Assembly: GCA_030390025.1 (NCBI GenBank) | Contig: CM059432.1 | Location: forward strand, 48,920,001 to 48,984,000 | Reading direction: 5' to 3' | Origin: Squalus acanthias | Lineage: Eukaryota | DNA length: 64,000 bases | Part shown: piece by piece, positions 1 to 13,452 of the stretch | How positions within the stretch are numbered: the stretch's first letter is position 1 | Layout: every line of letters starts with the position of its first letter | Made by a program: the position numbers and the translations under genes | The notes under the pieces: model-generated | Databases searched by the model: none | What the model saw: the letters and a program-made list of their open reading frames with translations, nothing else | What the model was told of the DNA's origin: nothing

Positions 1-3000
1 GAGGGAGGGGGCAGTGATCGGGAGAGGGAGGGGGCAGTGATCAGGAGAGGGAGAGGCAGTGATCGGGAGACGGAGGAGCAGTGATCGGGAGAAGGAAAGG
101 GCAGTGATCGGGAGAGGGATGGGCAGTGATCAGGAAAGGGTGAGGCAGTGATCGGGAGAAGGAGTGGGCATGTGATCGGGAGAGGAAGGGGCAGTGATCG
201 GGAGAGGGAGGGGCGGTGATCGGGAGAGGAAGGTGACAGTGATCGGGAGAGGGTGGGGGCAGTGATCAGGAGAGGGAGGGTCAGTGATCGGGAGAGGGAG
301 GGGGCAGTGATCGGGAGAGGGAGGGGGCAGTGATTGGGAGATGGAGGGGGCAATGATCGGGAGAGGGAGGGGGCAGTGATCGGGAGAGGGAGGGGGCAGT
401 GATTGGGAGATGGAGGGGCAGTGATCGGGATAGTGAGGGTGCAGTGATCGGGAGAGGGAGGGGGCAGAGATCGGGAGAAGGAGAGGCAGTGATTGGGAGA
501 GGGAGAGGCAGTGATCGGGAGAGGGAGGGGGCAGTGATCTGGAGAGGGAGGGGGCAGAGATCGGGAGAAGGGGGCAGTGATCGGGAGAGGGAGGGGGCAG
601 TGATCGGGAGAGGGAGGGGGCAGAGATCGGGAGAAGGGGGCAGTGATCGGGAGAGGGAGGGGGCAGTGATCGGGAGAGGGAGGGGGCAGTGATCGGGAGA
701 AGGAGGGGGCAGTGATCGGGAGAGGGAGAGGCAGTGATCGGGAGAGGGAGGGGGCAGTGATCGGGAGAGGGAGGGGCGGTTATCGGGAGAGGGAGGGGCG
801 GTGATCGGGAGAGGGAGGGGACAATGATCGGGAGAGGGAGGGAGCAGTGACCGGGAGTGGGAGGGAGCAGTGATCGGGAGGGGGGGCAGGATCGGGAGAG
901 GGAGGGGGCAGTGATCGGGATAGGGAGGGGTCAGTGATCGGGAGGGGGGGCAGGGATCGGGAGAGGGAGGGGGCAGTGATCGGGAGAGGGAGGGGGCAGA
1001 GATCGGGAGGAGGGGGCAGAGATCGGGAGAGGGAGGGGCAGTGATCGGGAGAGGGAGGGGCAGTGATCGGGAGAGGGAGGGGCGGTGATCGGGAGAGGGA
1101 GGGGCGGTGATCGGGAGAGGGAGGGGACAGTGATCGGGAGAGGGCGGGGCAGTGATCGGAGAGGGAGGGGCAATGATCGGGAGAGGAATTGGCAGTAATC
1201 GGGAGAGGGAGGGGCAGTGATTGGGATAGTGAGGGTGCAGTGATCGGGAGAGGGAGGGGGCAGTTCTCAGGAGAGGGAGGGGGCAGTGATCGGGAGTGGG
1301 AGGGGGCTGTGATCGGGAGAGGGAGGGGGCAGTGATCGGGAGAGGGAGGGGGCAGTGATCGGGAGAGGGAGGGGACAGTGATCGGGATAGGGAGGGTGCA
1401 GTGATCAGGATAGTGAGGGTGCAGTGATCGGGAGAGGGAGGGGGCAGTGATCGGGAGAGGGAGGGGGCAGAGATCGGGAGAAGGAGGGGGCAGTGATCGG
1501 GAGAGGGAGAGGCAGTGATCGGGAGAGGGAGGGGGCAGGGATCGGGAGAGGGAGGGGACAGTGATCGGGAGAGGGAGGGGACAGTGATCGGGAGAGGGAG
1601 GGGACAGTGATCGGGAGAGGGCGGGGCAGTGATCGGAGAGGGAGGGGCAATGATCGGGAGAGGAATTGGCAGTAATCGGGAGAGGGAGAGGCAGTGATCG
1701 GGAGAGGGAGGGGCGGTGATTGGGAGAGGGAGGGGACAGTGATCGGGAGAGGGCGGGGCAGTGATCAGAGAGGGAGGGGCAATGATCGGGAGAGGAATTG
1801 GCAGTAATCGGGAGAGGGAGAGGCAGTGATCGGGAGAGGGAGGGGCAGTGATCGGGATAGGGAAGGGGCAGTGATCGGGATAGGGAAGGGGCAGTGATCG
1901 GGAGAGGGAGGGGCAGTGATCGGGATAGTGAGGGTGCAGTGATCGGGAGACGGAGGAGCAGTGATCGGGAGAAGGAGGGGGCAGTGATCAGGAGAGGGAT
2001 GGGCAGTGATCAGGAAAGGGAGAGGCAGTGATCGGGAGAAGGAGTGGGCAGTGATCGGGAGAGGAAGGGGCAGTGATCGGGAGAGGGAGGGGCGGTGATC
2101 GGGAGAGGGAGGTGACAGTGATCGGGAGAGGGTGGGGGCAGTGATCAGGAGAGGGAGGGTCAGTGATCGGGAGAGGGAGGGGGCAGTGATCGGGAGAGGG
2201 ATGGGGCAGTGATCGGGAGAGGGAGGGGGCAGTGATCAGGAGAGGGAGAGGCAGTGATCGGGAGACGGAGGAGCAGTGATCGGGAGAAGGAAAGGGCAGT
2301 GATCGGGAGAGGGATGGGCAGTGATCAGGAAAGGGAGAGGCAGTGATCGGGAGGAGTGGGCAGTGATCGGGAGAGGAAGGGGCAGTGATCGGGAGAGGGA
2401 GGGGGCAGTGATCGGGAGAGGGAGAGGGCAGTGATCGGGAGAGGGAGGGGGCAGTGATCGGGAGAGGGAGGGGGCAGTGATTGGGAGATGGAGGGGCAGT
2501 GATCGGGATAGTGAGGGTGCAGTGATCGGGAGAGGGAGGGGGCAGAGATCGGGAGAAGGAGAGGCAGTGATCGGGAGAGGGAGAGGCAGTGATCGGGAGA
2601 GGGAGGGGGCAGTGATCTGGAGAGGGAGGGGGCAGAGATCGGGAGAAGGGGGCAGTGATCGGGAGAGGGAGGGGGCAGTGATCGGGAGAGGGAGGGGGCA
2701 GAGATCGGGAGAGGGAGGGGGCAGAGATCGGGAGAAGGGGGCAGTGATCGGGAGAGGGAGGGGGCAGTGATCGGGAGAGGGAGGGGGCAGTGATCGGGAG
2801 AGGGAGGGGGCAGAGATCGGGAGAAGGAGGGGGCAGTGATCGGGAGAGGGAGAGGCAGTGATCGGGAGAGGGAGGGGGCAGTGATCGGGAGAGGGAGGGG
2901 CGGTTATCGGGAGAGGGAGGGGCGGTGATCGGGAGAGGGAGGGGACAGTGATCGGGAGAGGGCGGGGCAGTGATCGGAGAGGGAGGGGCAATGATCGGGA

Positions 3001-4933
3001 GAGGAATTGGCAGTAATCGGGAGAGGGAGAGGCAGTGATCGGGAGAGGGAGGGGCAGTGATCGGGATAGGGAAGGGGCAGTGATCGGGATAGGGAAGGGG
3101 CAGTGATCGGGAGAGGGAGAGGCAGTGATCGGGATAGTGAGGGTGCAGTGATCGGGAGAGGGAGGGGGCAGTTCACAGGAGAGGGAGGGGGCAGTGATCG
3201 GGAGACGGAGGAGCAGTGATCGGGAGAAGGAAAGGGCAGTGATCGGGAGAGGGATGGGCAGTGATCAGGAGAGGGAGAGGCAATGATCGGGAGAAGGAGT
3301 GGGCAGTGATCGGGAGAGGAAGGGGCAGTGATCGGGAGAGGGGGTGGCGGTGATCGGGAGAGGGAGGTGACAGTGATCGGGAGAGGGTGGGGGCAGTGAT
3401 CAGGAGAGGGAGGGTCAGTGATCGGGAGAAGGAGTGGGCAGTGATCGGGAGAGGAAGGGGCAGTGATCGGGAGAGGGAGGGGGCAGTGATCAGGAGAGGG
3501 AGTGTCAGTGATCAGGAGAGGGAAGTGGCAATAATCGGGAGAAGGATGGGGCATTGAACGGGAGAGGGAGGGGTAGTGAACGGGAGAGGGATGGGGCAGT
3601 GATCGGGAGAGGGAGGGGTCAGTGATCGGGAGAGGGAGGGGTCAGTGATCGGGAGAGGGAGGGGTCAGTGATCGGGAGAGGGAGGGGGCAGTGATCGGGA
3701 GAGGGAGGGGGCCGTGATCGGGAGAGGGAGGGGTCAGTGATCGGGAGAGGGAGGGGTCAGTGATCGGGAGAGGGAGGGGCAGTGATCGGGATAGTGAGGG
3801 TGCAGTGATCGGGAGAGGGAGGGGGCAGTTCTCAGGAGAGGGAGGGGGCAGTGATCGGGAGTGGGAGGGGGCTGTGTTCAGGAGGGGGAGAGGCAGTGAT
3901 CAGGAGAGGGAGGGGGCAGAGATCGGGAGAAGGAGGGGGCAGTGATCGGGAGAGGGAGAGGCAGTGATCGGTAAAGGAAGGGGGCAGTGATCGGGAGATG
4001 GAGTGGCAGTGATCGGGATAGGGAGGGTGCAGTGATCTGGAGGGGGAGGGGCAGAGATCGGGAGGAGGGGTCAGTGATCGGGAGAGGGAGGGGCAGTGAT
4101 CGGGAGAGGGAGGGGCGGTGATCGTGAGAGGGAGGGGACAGTGATCGGGAGAGGGCGGGGCAGTGATCGGAGAGGGAGGGGCAATGTTCGGGAGAGGAAT
4201 TGGCAGTAATCGGGAGAGGGAGAGGCAGTGATCGGGAGAGGGAGGGGGCAGTGATCAGGAGAGGGAGGGGGCAGCGATCGGGAGAGGGAGGGGGCAGTGA
4301 TCATGGGAGGGACGGGCAGTGATCGGGAGAGTGAGGGGGCAGTGATCGGGAGAGTGAGGGGGCAGTGATCGGGAGAGGGAGGGGCAGTGATCAGGAGGGA
4401 GGGGCAGTGATCGGGAGAGGGAGGGGGCAGTGATCGGGAGACGGAGGGGCAGTGATCGGGAGTGGGAGGGGGCTGTGTTCAGGAGGGGGAGAGGCAGTGA
4501 TCGGGAGAGGGAGGGGGCAGTGATCGGGAGAGGGAGCAGGCAGTGATCGGGAGAGGGAGGGGGCAGAGATCGGGAGAAGGAGGGGGCAGTGATCGGGAGA
4601 GGGAGGGGGCAGTGATTGGGAGAGGGAGGGGCGGTGATCGGGAGAGGGAGGGGCGGTGATCGGGAGAGGGAGGGAGCAGTGATCGGGAGAGGGCGGGGCA
4701 GTGATCGGAGAGTGAGGGGCAATGATCGGGAGAGGAATTGGCAGTAATCGGGAGAGGGAGACGCAGTGATCGAGAGAGGGAGGGGGCAGTGATCGGGAGA
4801 GGGAGGGGCATTGATCGGGAGAGGGAGGGGCAGTGATCGGGATAGTGAGGGTGCAGTGATCGGGAGAGGGAGGGGGCAGTGATCGTGACAGGGAGGGGGC
4901 AGTGATCAGGAGAGGGAGGGTGCAGTGATCGGG
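1..4933. repeat. G-rich minisatellite, 22-23 bp unit (GTGATCGGGAGAGGGAGGGG(G)CA), running off the left edge
   Basis: Continuous tandem copies with variant units (GAGATC, GTAATC, GGATAGTGAGGGT). All Gly/Arg- and Pro-rich ORFs at 399-5138 are translations of it. Confidence 0.98.
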
Positions 4934-5029
4934 TTTCAAAGCACTTCAAATGGTTTGAATTGATGTGACTTACTATGTAAACAAGTCTGGCAGCCTTTTT
5001 GTTTGACTTGAAACACCAGAGCAGGCAAC

Positions 5030-5168
5030 GGCTCTGATAATGCAGGATTCTCTCAGTGCTGTACTGGAGTAATATTTTAGATTGTGTGCTCAAGTACTGG
5101 ACTGAGACTTCAACCCACAACCTTCTGACTCCGAGCAAATAGTGCTGTTAACTGAGCCAAACTGACAC
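5030..5168 (-). mobile_element. 5' tRNA-derived head of a Deu-domain SINE (SacSINE1/AmnSINE-like), degenerate
   Basis: Reverse complement reads GTGTCAGTTTGGCTCAGTT...GAGTCAGAAGGTTGTGGGTTGAAGTC...CTCCAGTACAGCACTGAG, matching the 5' part of the copy at 43313. Confidence 0.7.
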
Positions 5169-5173
5169 CCCCA

Positions 5174-5947
5174 TTAGCAGCAGGAGTAGGTCATTTGGCC
5201 CCTCGAGCCTGTTCCGCCATTCAATAAGATCATGGCTGATCTTCGATCTCAATTCCACATTCCCGCCCGATTCCCATATCCCTTGATTCCCCTAGAGTCC
5301 AAAAATCTATCTATCTTAGCCTTGAATATACTCAACGATTCAGCATGCACAGCCCTTTGGGGTTGAGAATTCCCAACAACCCGCTGAGTGAAGAAATTCC
5401 TCCTCATCTCAGTCTTAAATGGCCGTCCCCTTATCCTGAGACTATGCCCCCTAGTTCTAGACTGTCTAGCCAGGGGAAAAACCCTGTCAGTATCTACCCT
5501 GTCGATCCCCTCAGAATTTTATATGTTTCAATGAGATCACCTCTCATTCTTTCAAACTCCAGAGAGTATAGGCCAAATCTACTCAATCTCTCCTCATCGG
5601 ACAACCCTCTCATCCCAGGGATCATTCTAGTGAACATTCGTAGCACCGTCTCTGAGGCAAATATATCCTTCCTCAGATAAAGAGACCAAAACTGTGCACA
5701 GTACTCCAGGTGTGGTCTCACCAAAGCCCTGTACAATTGTAGCAAGACTTCCTTACCCTTGTACTCTAACCCCCTTGCAATAAAGGCCAACATGCCATTT
5801 GCCTTCCGTATTGCTTACTGTACTCTGTGTTTCATATATGAGGGCACCTAAATCTCTCTAAACTCCAACATTTAATAGTTTCACACCATTTAAAAATATT
5901 CTGTTTTTCTATTCTTCCTACCAAAGTGAATAACCTCACATTTCCAT
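5174..5947 (-). mobile_element. CR1 (HER1-like) LINE, 5'-truncated 3' fragment
   Basis: ORF 5494..5793 reads LYRALVRPHLEYCAQFWS...RMRGDLIETYKIL (CR1 ORF2 C-terminus); the 3' UTR tail matches other CR1 copies in the window. Confidence 0.93.
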
Positions 5948-7048
5948 ACCTGCCTCGATGGGTAATTTATCTCCTTATATTGGGATTTCTTTTCTACTAT
6001 GGCTGATCAATTTCTGTTAATTAAATTAAAGCGCATATTTTTTAAAAATCATTTCTTTATAGCAGCAGAGCTCTATGTGACTGCTTGTTAGAATATATTT
6101 AAAAAGTCTTATATTTTATGGATCCCATCATTAAGCCTGACAGCTAATCTTGATGTATGAATACAATATAAGGAGCACTCGATTACTTTAGGAGAAATGC
6201 ATGCTCCACTTTTACATGCTTTTAGATTAAACGCTGAATATATTTTTCTTCTTTTCCATGAGTAATGAATGACAACTATTAACTCCATTCCAAAGTTCCA
6301 AATATGGACTCAATTCTCTATACAGCCTATTTGTACTTGACTGTTCTAGAATTTCACTTTGTTGCATAAAATATACATTTCCTGCTATTTTGGGTACAAA
6401 ACTAAGCAAAAGTCTCTCACTGGTAGTGGTAAGAATATAGTAGCATTCAGAAATATTGTTTATTTTGCTATGGCTCTGACAGTTGCTAAGGCCATTTAAA
6501 TTTTATTTTAAAATAATTCCAGCTCCCTATGTGGTACTGCAACCATTTGTACCATTCTGCCTTTCCACCTAAAATGTGTTTAAAATCCCATAAAAATGGC
6601 ATGCTCAAAAGTTGCAGGATCTAATATGCAGCAACAACGGGCCCCATTTTACATGAACATTTTGGACTGTCACAAGCAATGCTAAATCTAGCACCCTAGG
6701 TTACAATGTCAATTTTTTTTTACTCTGAGGTGGCCACAGGGCAACGCTAAATAAAGCAGAAGTTGACCTACTCAATTTTTCTTCCATTGTGGAGTAACCC
6801 ATTTGAAGTTTATTGTGCAACATCCCCAAACACTTGACCAATATCAAAAAGTTACAGCTGGTGAAACTGTGCACACAACTCATGTTGGTGCACCAAGTCT
6901 CTGCCTTACATTTCTTTTTCAAGTTATTGGCCAGTTACAATTTTTATCCCAAGACTTTACGTTATTGAATCTTCTGTGGTTAAATGTACCTATTGAAAAT
7001 CCAGATGGAAAGAAATGCTGAATGGTAATTGCACCACCTACATATGTT

Positions 7049-7682
7049 GGGGTGGGAGGTTTACTTCCTCTGTCCAGTGGAAGCAAGGCAGGGGACCAGC
7101 TAAAATGGAGTGGGAGACTTAGCTGCTGGCATCGTGCCAACAGCAATTTTAAATTGCAGGCACCAAGGACACCCACCCGAAGCCATTGGGGGTTCATGTT
7201 TAAAAATGCAGATCAGGCTCCGATAACATCATTGGGGGTCCCACTGCACATTTGACATGAAAAAGCTGTTGGGAAATGGATCCAGGGCCGGAAAAGGCCC
7301 AGCAAGGCAAGTTATTGTAATTTTTTCTTTTTAAAAGATTTCTTGTGAGCCACGAGGAGCAGAAGTGCTCCTTTGGGTGCCACAAGAAAACCTTGGGCTC
7401 ACCCTGCTCTGGGCTTCCCTCCCCCTCCCTCGACTGCGATGATCTCCTGACAGCTTCCCGGTCGCTTGCATTAGTGCTGGGGACTGTTCCTCCTGGTCAC
7501 TGCCGACGGCCTCCTGCCACCTGATTTTAACGGCTAGACAGCTGCTACCTGCCATCTTAACAGCTACTTTGGTCGGGAGACAGCAGCAACATGTTAATGA
7601 GGCCTGGCTATTAAAATTGGCTGGACATCCCAGCTGCCGCTCCTGCTAGGACACATTCCCTGCAGGGAGGTAAAATCCACCC
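7049..7682. mobile_element. Degenerate GC-rich non-autonomous DNA transposon (Harbinger-like MITE)
   Basis: Imperfect terminal inverted repeats GGGGTGGGAGGTTTAC ... GTAAAATCCACCC; internal motifs resemble the MITE fragments at 45.3-45.7 kb and 54.0-54.4 kb. Confidence 0.45.
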
Positions 7683-8207
7683 TACGTGTTACATGGGAGA
7701 AGGAGACACTCATTTGAGCATGCACTAAATGGGAATCAATGAGCAGACTGTCCTCAATGAACCAAATCAGCAAGACTGGTTCAATACTAGTGACTTTTCA
7801 CTGGGTGGCACTTGATGAGGAACTGACAAACTCATCTTGGTTATGACTATAAATAAACCATATTTCCTCCAAGTCCAGAACCTCCGATCATAGCAACAGG
7901 GTCAATGCCTTTGTCAATATACCTCATTAGTCTAAATAAAGTTGCCAAAACTCTTTCAAGCAACTGAAGACTTTTATTGTGACAGCAATTGTACCGAGCC
8001 CCCCAAAAATGCGCAGTGTTATAAATCTCTTAATTATCTTTAGCAGTTATAGCTATTTCTTTAGTTAAAAAATCCTTGGGGCATAATGTTGGATTTTGGC
8101 TTAATTTTTAAGTCATATCATGCTGTCTGAGATTAGTTAACTCAGTACAAACCAGAGATTGAACTGAAGACCATGCAGCATGTTTTGGATCCAAACAATG
8201 CAGATTT

Positions 8208-11200
8208 AAAAAAATTCGTTCCTGGGGTGTGGGTGTCACTGGCAAGGCCAGCATTTATTGCCCATCCTTAATTGCCCTTGAGAAAGTGGTGCTGAGCCGC
8301 CTTCTTGAACCGCTGCAGTCCGTGCGGTGAGGTGTTGTTAGGGAGGGAGCTCCGGGATTTTGACCCAGCGACGATGAAGGAACAGCGATATAATTCCAAG
8401 TCAGGATGGTGTGTGACTTGGAGGTGATGGTGTTCCCATGTGCCTGCTGCCCTTGTCCTTCTAGATGGTAGAGGTCACAGGTTTGGGAGGTGCTGCCGAA
8501 GAAGCCTTGGCGAGTTGCTGCAGTGCATCTTGTAGATGCTACACGCAGCAACCACGGTACGCCGGTGGTGGAGGGAGTGAATGTTTAAGGTGGTGGATGG
8601 GGTGCCAATCAAGCGGGCTGCTTTGACCTGGATTGTGTCGAGCTTCTTGAATGTTGTTGAAGCTGCACTCATCCAGGCAAGTGGAGAGTATTCCATCACA
8701 CTCCTGACTTGTGCTTTGTAGATGGTGGAAATGCTTTGGGGAGTCAGGAGGTGAGCCACTCACCACAGAATACCTAGCCTCTGACCTGCTCTTGTAGCCA
8801 CAGTATTTATGTGGCTGGTCCAGTTAAGTTTCTGGTCAATGCTGACCCCCAGGATGTTGATGGTGGGGGATTTGGCGATGGTAATGCGGTTGAATGTCAA
8901 CGGGCGATGGTTAGACCCTCTCTTGTTGAAGATAGTCATTGCCTGGCATTTGTGTGGCGCGAATGTTACTTGCCAATTATCAGAGCCAGCCTGAATGTCG
9001 TCCAGGTCTTGCTGCATGCGGGCATGGACTTCTTCATTATCTGAGGATTTGTGAATGGAACTTAACACTGTGCAATCATCAGCGAATATCCCCACTTCTG
9101 ACCTTATGATGGAGGGAAGGTCATCGATGAAGAACTGAAAATGGTTGGGCCTAGGACACTGCCCTGAGGAACTCCTGCAGTGATATCCTGGGGCTGAGAT
9201 GATTGGCCTCCAACAACCACAACCATCTTCCTTTGTGCCAGGTATGACTCCAGCCAGTGGAGAGTTTTCCCCCTGATTCCCATTGACTTCTGTTTTACTC
9301 GGGCTCCTTGGTGCCACTCTCACCTCACCTCTGGAATTCAGCTCTTTTATCTATGTTTGGACCAAGGCTGTAATGAGGTCTGGAGCCAAGTGTTCCTAGT
9401 GGAACCCAAACTGGCCATTGGTGAGCTTGTTAATGGTAAGTAAGTGCCACTTGATAGCACTGTCGACGACGCCGTCCATCACTTTGCTGATGATTGAGAG
9501 TAGATTGATGGGGCGGTAATTGGCCAGATTGGATTTGTCCTGCTTTTTCTGGACAGGACATACCTGGGCAGTTTTCCACATTGTCGGGTAGATGACAGTA
9601 TTGTAGCTGTACTGGAACAGCTTGACTAGAAGTGTGGCTAGTTCTGGAGCACAAGTCTTCAGCACAACAGCCGGGATGTTGTCGGGGCCCATAGATCTTG
9701 CTGCATCCAGTGTGCTCAGCCGTTTCTTGATATCACGTGGAGTGAATCGAATTGGCTGAAGACTGGCTTCTGTGATGGTGGGGACTGCAGGAGGAGGCCG
9801 AGATGGATCATCCACTTGGCACTTCTGGCTGAGGTTGGTTGCAAACACTTCAGCCTTGTCTTTTACACTCGTGTGCTGGGCTCTGTCATCACTGAGGATA
9901 GGGATATTCATGGAGCCCCCTCCTCCCAGTAGTTGTTTACTGGTCCACCACCATTCACGAATGGATGTGGCAGGACTGCAGAGCTTTAATCTAATTCATT
10001 GGTTGTGGAAATCGCTTAGCTCTGTATATAGCATGCTGCTTCTGCTGTTTAGCATGCATGTAGTCCTGTGTTTCATCTTCCCCAGATTGGTAGCTCACTT
10101 TTAGGTACACCTAGTGCTACTCCTGGCATGCTCTTCTACACTCCTCATTGAACCAGGGTTGGTCCCCTGGCTTGATGGTAATGGTAGAGTGAGGGATATG
10201 CCGGGCCAGGAGGTTACAGATTGTGGTGGAATACAATTCTGCTGCTGCTGATGGCCCACAGTGCCTCATGGATGCCCAGTTTTGAGCTGCTAGATCTGTT
10301 CTAAATCTATCGCATTTAGCACGGTGGTAGTGCCACACAATACGATGGAGGGTGTCCTCAATGTGAAGACAGAACTTCGTCTCCACAATGACTGTGCGGT
10401 GGTCACTGCTACCAATACTGTCATGAGCAGATGCATCTGCGACAGGTAGATTGGTGAGGATGAGGTCAAGTAGGTTTTTCCCTCGTGTTGGTTCTCTCAC
10501 CACCTGCCGCAGGCCCAGTCTGGCAGCTATGTCCTTCAGGACTCAGCCAGCTCGGTCAGTAGTGGTGCTACTGAGCCACTCTTGGTGATGGACATTGAAG
10601 TCTCCCACCCAGAGTACATTCTGTGTCCTTGCTACTCTCAGTGCTTCTTCCAAGTGGTGTTCAACATGGAGTACTGATTTATCAGCTTATGGAAGGCAGT
10701 AGATGGTAATCAGCAGGAGGTTTGTTAGAAATTAGGGTATCCAAAATATATGGGGTTATGCGAATGAAATTGTGACGTGAATAAGACTGTGTTTACATGA
10801 CTGTATTAGAACTTGAGACAAAAAGTCTCTTGAGACTAGTATTAGAATAAGTAGATAGATGCTTAGAATCTGCTTGTGTTTTGGTTCCCTGCGGATGTCA
10901 TAACATTCTGCAGCGTGACTATCATATATGACCTTGTTTCCAGGCTAGCTATCTGCTGTTTGTAAGTTAGGATTTCAACTTTGTTTATGTATCTCTAGTT
11001 TGACCAACTAAGGCTCAACGCCTATGTTTCTTCTATCATTACTAATAACCATGTTATAATGCTAAGGTAGGAACTGGAGTTCGCTTAATAAAACTGCTTG
11101 CGAAGCTTTGTAGAAGTTAATTAAGTATAAGGACATAGAATTGAAGGAATTTATGGGGGCTAATATATCATCTCAGGGTAGAATAGTCTGTTAGTTTAAG

Positions 11201-12580
11201 GGGAGATAGTTTGGATAACAACAGGCTGAGCAGACAGCTCTAACATGGGCCCCTGATTAAGAGGGTACAAGGCTGGCTTTATCAGGGAGGATAGGGACAA
11301 GAGAGATAAGACGAATTCCAATGGAGGAACGTTCAGGATGTATAAACAGGAAAGACAAATTGGAAAAAAAGAACATGAGACCCCTTTAGGCGAGGGCTTT
11401 CATCTGAAAGTTAAGACAAAGAACTCGACATGCCATTGGGCATTGGGATAGGTTTAGGAAGAGCCCTTACAGGTTAAATAGGTCCTGTCAATATTTTACA
11501 TCAGGCCACCCCTAAAAAAAGAGAAAGACCTGAAAAGGCCTTAGCACAAACGGTGGAGGGGAGAGCCATACAAGAGTGGGGCTGGTCTAACACTCTTCTG
11601 GGAGTGGACCCATTCTTGGAGGTTCTAGGCGAGAGGAAAAAGGCCATAAGCTGGAGAACTGTTCACGCACACCAGCTGTCTGTCCGATCAGGACCGGTAC
11701 CAACTGCTTGTCATGGTCGTGTGTTTTTGCTGTATAACTAATGTGTTATATTCCATCTTAAACTCTGATTAAACACAATATTCTCACCATATTGGTTTGC
11801 AGTCGATTCTAATTATCTGAAAGACCAGAGATAATCTAATCTCTACAGGTTTCCTTGCCCATGCTTGACCTGACGTCATGAGACTTCATGGGGTCCGGAG
11901 TCAATGTTGAGGACTCGCAGGGCCACTCCCTCCCGACTGTATACCACTGTGCCGCCACCCCTGGTGGGTCTGTCCTGCCGGTGGGACAGGACATAACCAG
12001 GGATGGTGATGGAGGAGTCTGGGACGTTGACTGAAAGGTATGATTCTGTGAGTATGACTGTCAGGCTGTTGCTTGACTAGTCTGTGGGACAACTCTCTTA
12101 ATTTTGACACAAGTCCCCTGATGTTAGTGAGGAGGACTTTGCAGGATCGACTGGGCTGGATGTGCCTTTGTCGTGACTTAAGCCAGTGCCTAGTTTGATG
12201 CTGGGTGGTCCGTCCTGTTTTATTCTTATTATTGTTTTTCGTAGCAGTTTGGTACAACTGAGTGGCTTGCTAGGCCATTTCAGAGGGCAGTTAAGAGTTA
12301 ACCACATTGCTGTGGGTCTGGAGTCACATGTAGGCCAGACCAGATAAGGGTGGCAGATTTCCTTCCCTAAAGGACATTAATGAACCAGATGGGGTTTTAT
12401 GACAATCCGGTAGTTTCATGGTCACAAAGACTGACACTAGCTTTTTATTCCAGATTTATTTAATTAACTGAATTTAAAGTCCCCAGCTGCCATGATGGGA
12501 TTTCAACTCATGTCTCTGGATCATTAGTCCAGGCCTCTGAATGACTAGTGCAGTAACATAACCACTATGCTACCGTACCC
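8208..12580 (-). mobile_element. Family A LINE (CR1 superclade, Zenon-like), full length, degenerate single EN-RT ORF with tRNA-like 5' head; interrupted by a solo LTR
   Basis: Minus-strand ORF pieces TNIRGL, LLDLILTN...SSDH, GPDNIP...NYRPI, FADD, IYKAQVRSVMEY. A box at 12562-12572, B-like box at 12498-12509, A-rich tail at about 8208. Confidence 0.93.
10723..11847. mobile_element. Solo LTR (1125 bp) of an ERV or LTR retrotransposon
   Basis: Starts TGTTAGAA and ends CTCTACA, flanked by the 4-bp duplication GGTT (10719-10722 and 11848-11851). Removing it restores the LINE sequence seen uninterrupted at about 19206-19232. ATTAAA near 11768. Confidence 0.85.
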
Positions 12581-12585
12581 ATAAA

Positions 12586-13452
12586 TAGATGACGCTAAGG
12601 AGCCACAGTAAATTGTGTAGATGGGAGCAGGAAGTTTCAAAGCGACATAGGCAGATTAAGTGAATGGGGTGTGGCAGATGGAATTCGGCAGATGGAATTC
12701 AATGTGGGGAAATGTGAGTTCACACACTTTGGATCCAAGAAAGACAAATAGGAATATTTTCTTAATGATGAGAGACTAGGAATTGTGGAGGGGCAAATGG
12801 ATTTGGGTATCCAGGTACATCACCTTTTGTACCTGTGATCTAGCATTTATTTAAAAAGGCTAATGGAATGGTGACCTTTAGCTCAAGTGGGCTGGAATAC
12901 AAGGGCGAGGAAGTGATTAGTCAGTTGTGCAGAGCCTTGGTCAGACCCCATCTAGTCTAATGCAATCAGTTTTGGGCACCGCACCTCAGGAAGGATATAC
13001 TGGCCTTGGAGAGGTACAGCACAGATTCACCAGAATAATACCAGGTCTTAAAGGGTTAAGTTATGAAGACGCGTTACATAAACTGATTATATTCCCTTAA
13101 ATTTAGACTGTCGAGGGGTGATCTAATTGAGTTGTTTAAAATGATAATGGGATTTGCTAGGGTAGATACAGAGAAACTATTTCCTCTGGTTGGAGAATAG
13201 AGAAACACAGGGTAAAATCTTACAATTAGAGCTAGACCATTCAGGAGCGAAATCATGAAGCATTTCTTCCACACAAAAGGTATTGGAAATCTGTAACTCA
13301 CTCCCCTAAAAAGGTTGTGGATGCTGGGTCAATTGAAATTTTCAAGACCAAGATTGACATATTTATTAGGCAAAGGTATCAAGAGTTATGGATCAAAGGT
13401 GGGTAAATGGAGTTGAGGTGCAGATCAGCCATGATTTAACAGAATCCTATGT
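12586..13452 (+). mobile_element. Old CR1 LINE 3' fragment
   Basis: Decayed DD.K, WQMEFNVGKCE, RALVRPHL and RGDLIE coding motifs, plus the GATCAGCCATGAT 3' UTR motif. Confidence 0.85.

Noticed and set aside
1..4933. CRISPR-like array
   Set aside because: Units are contiguous with no unique spacers, there are no cas genes, and the context is vertebrate.
399..5138. Many Pro-rich and Gly/Arg-rich ORFs
   Set aside because: They are translations of the minisatellite in several frames on both strands; there is no coding signature.
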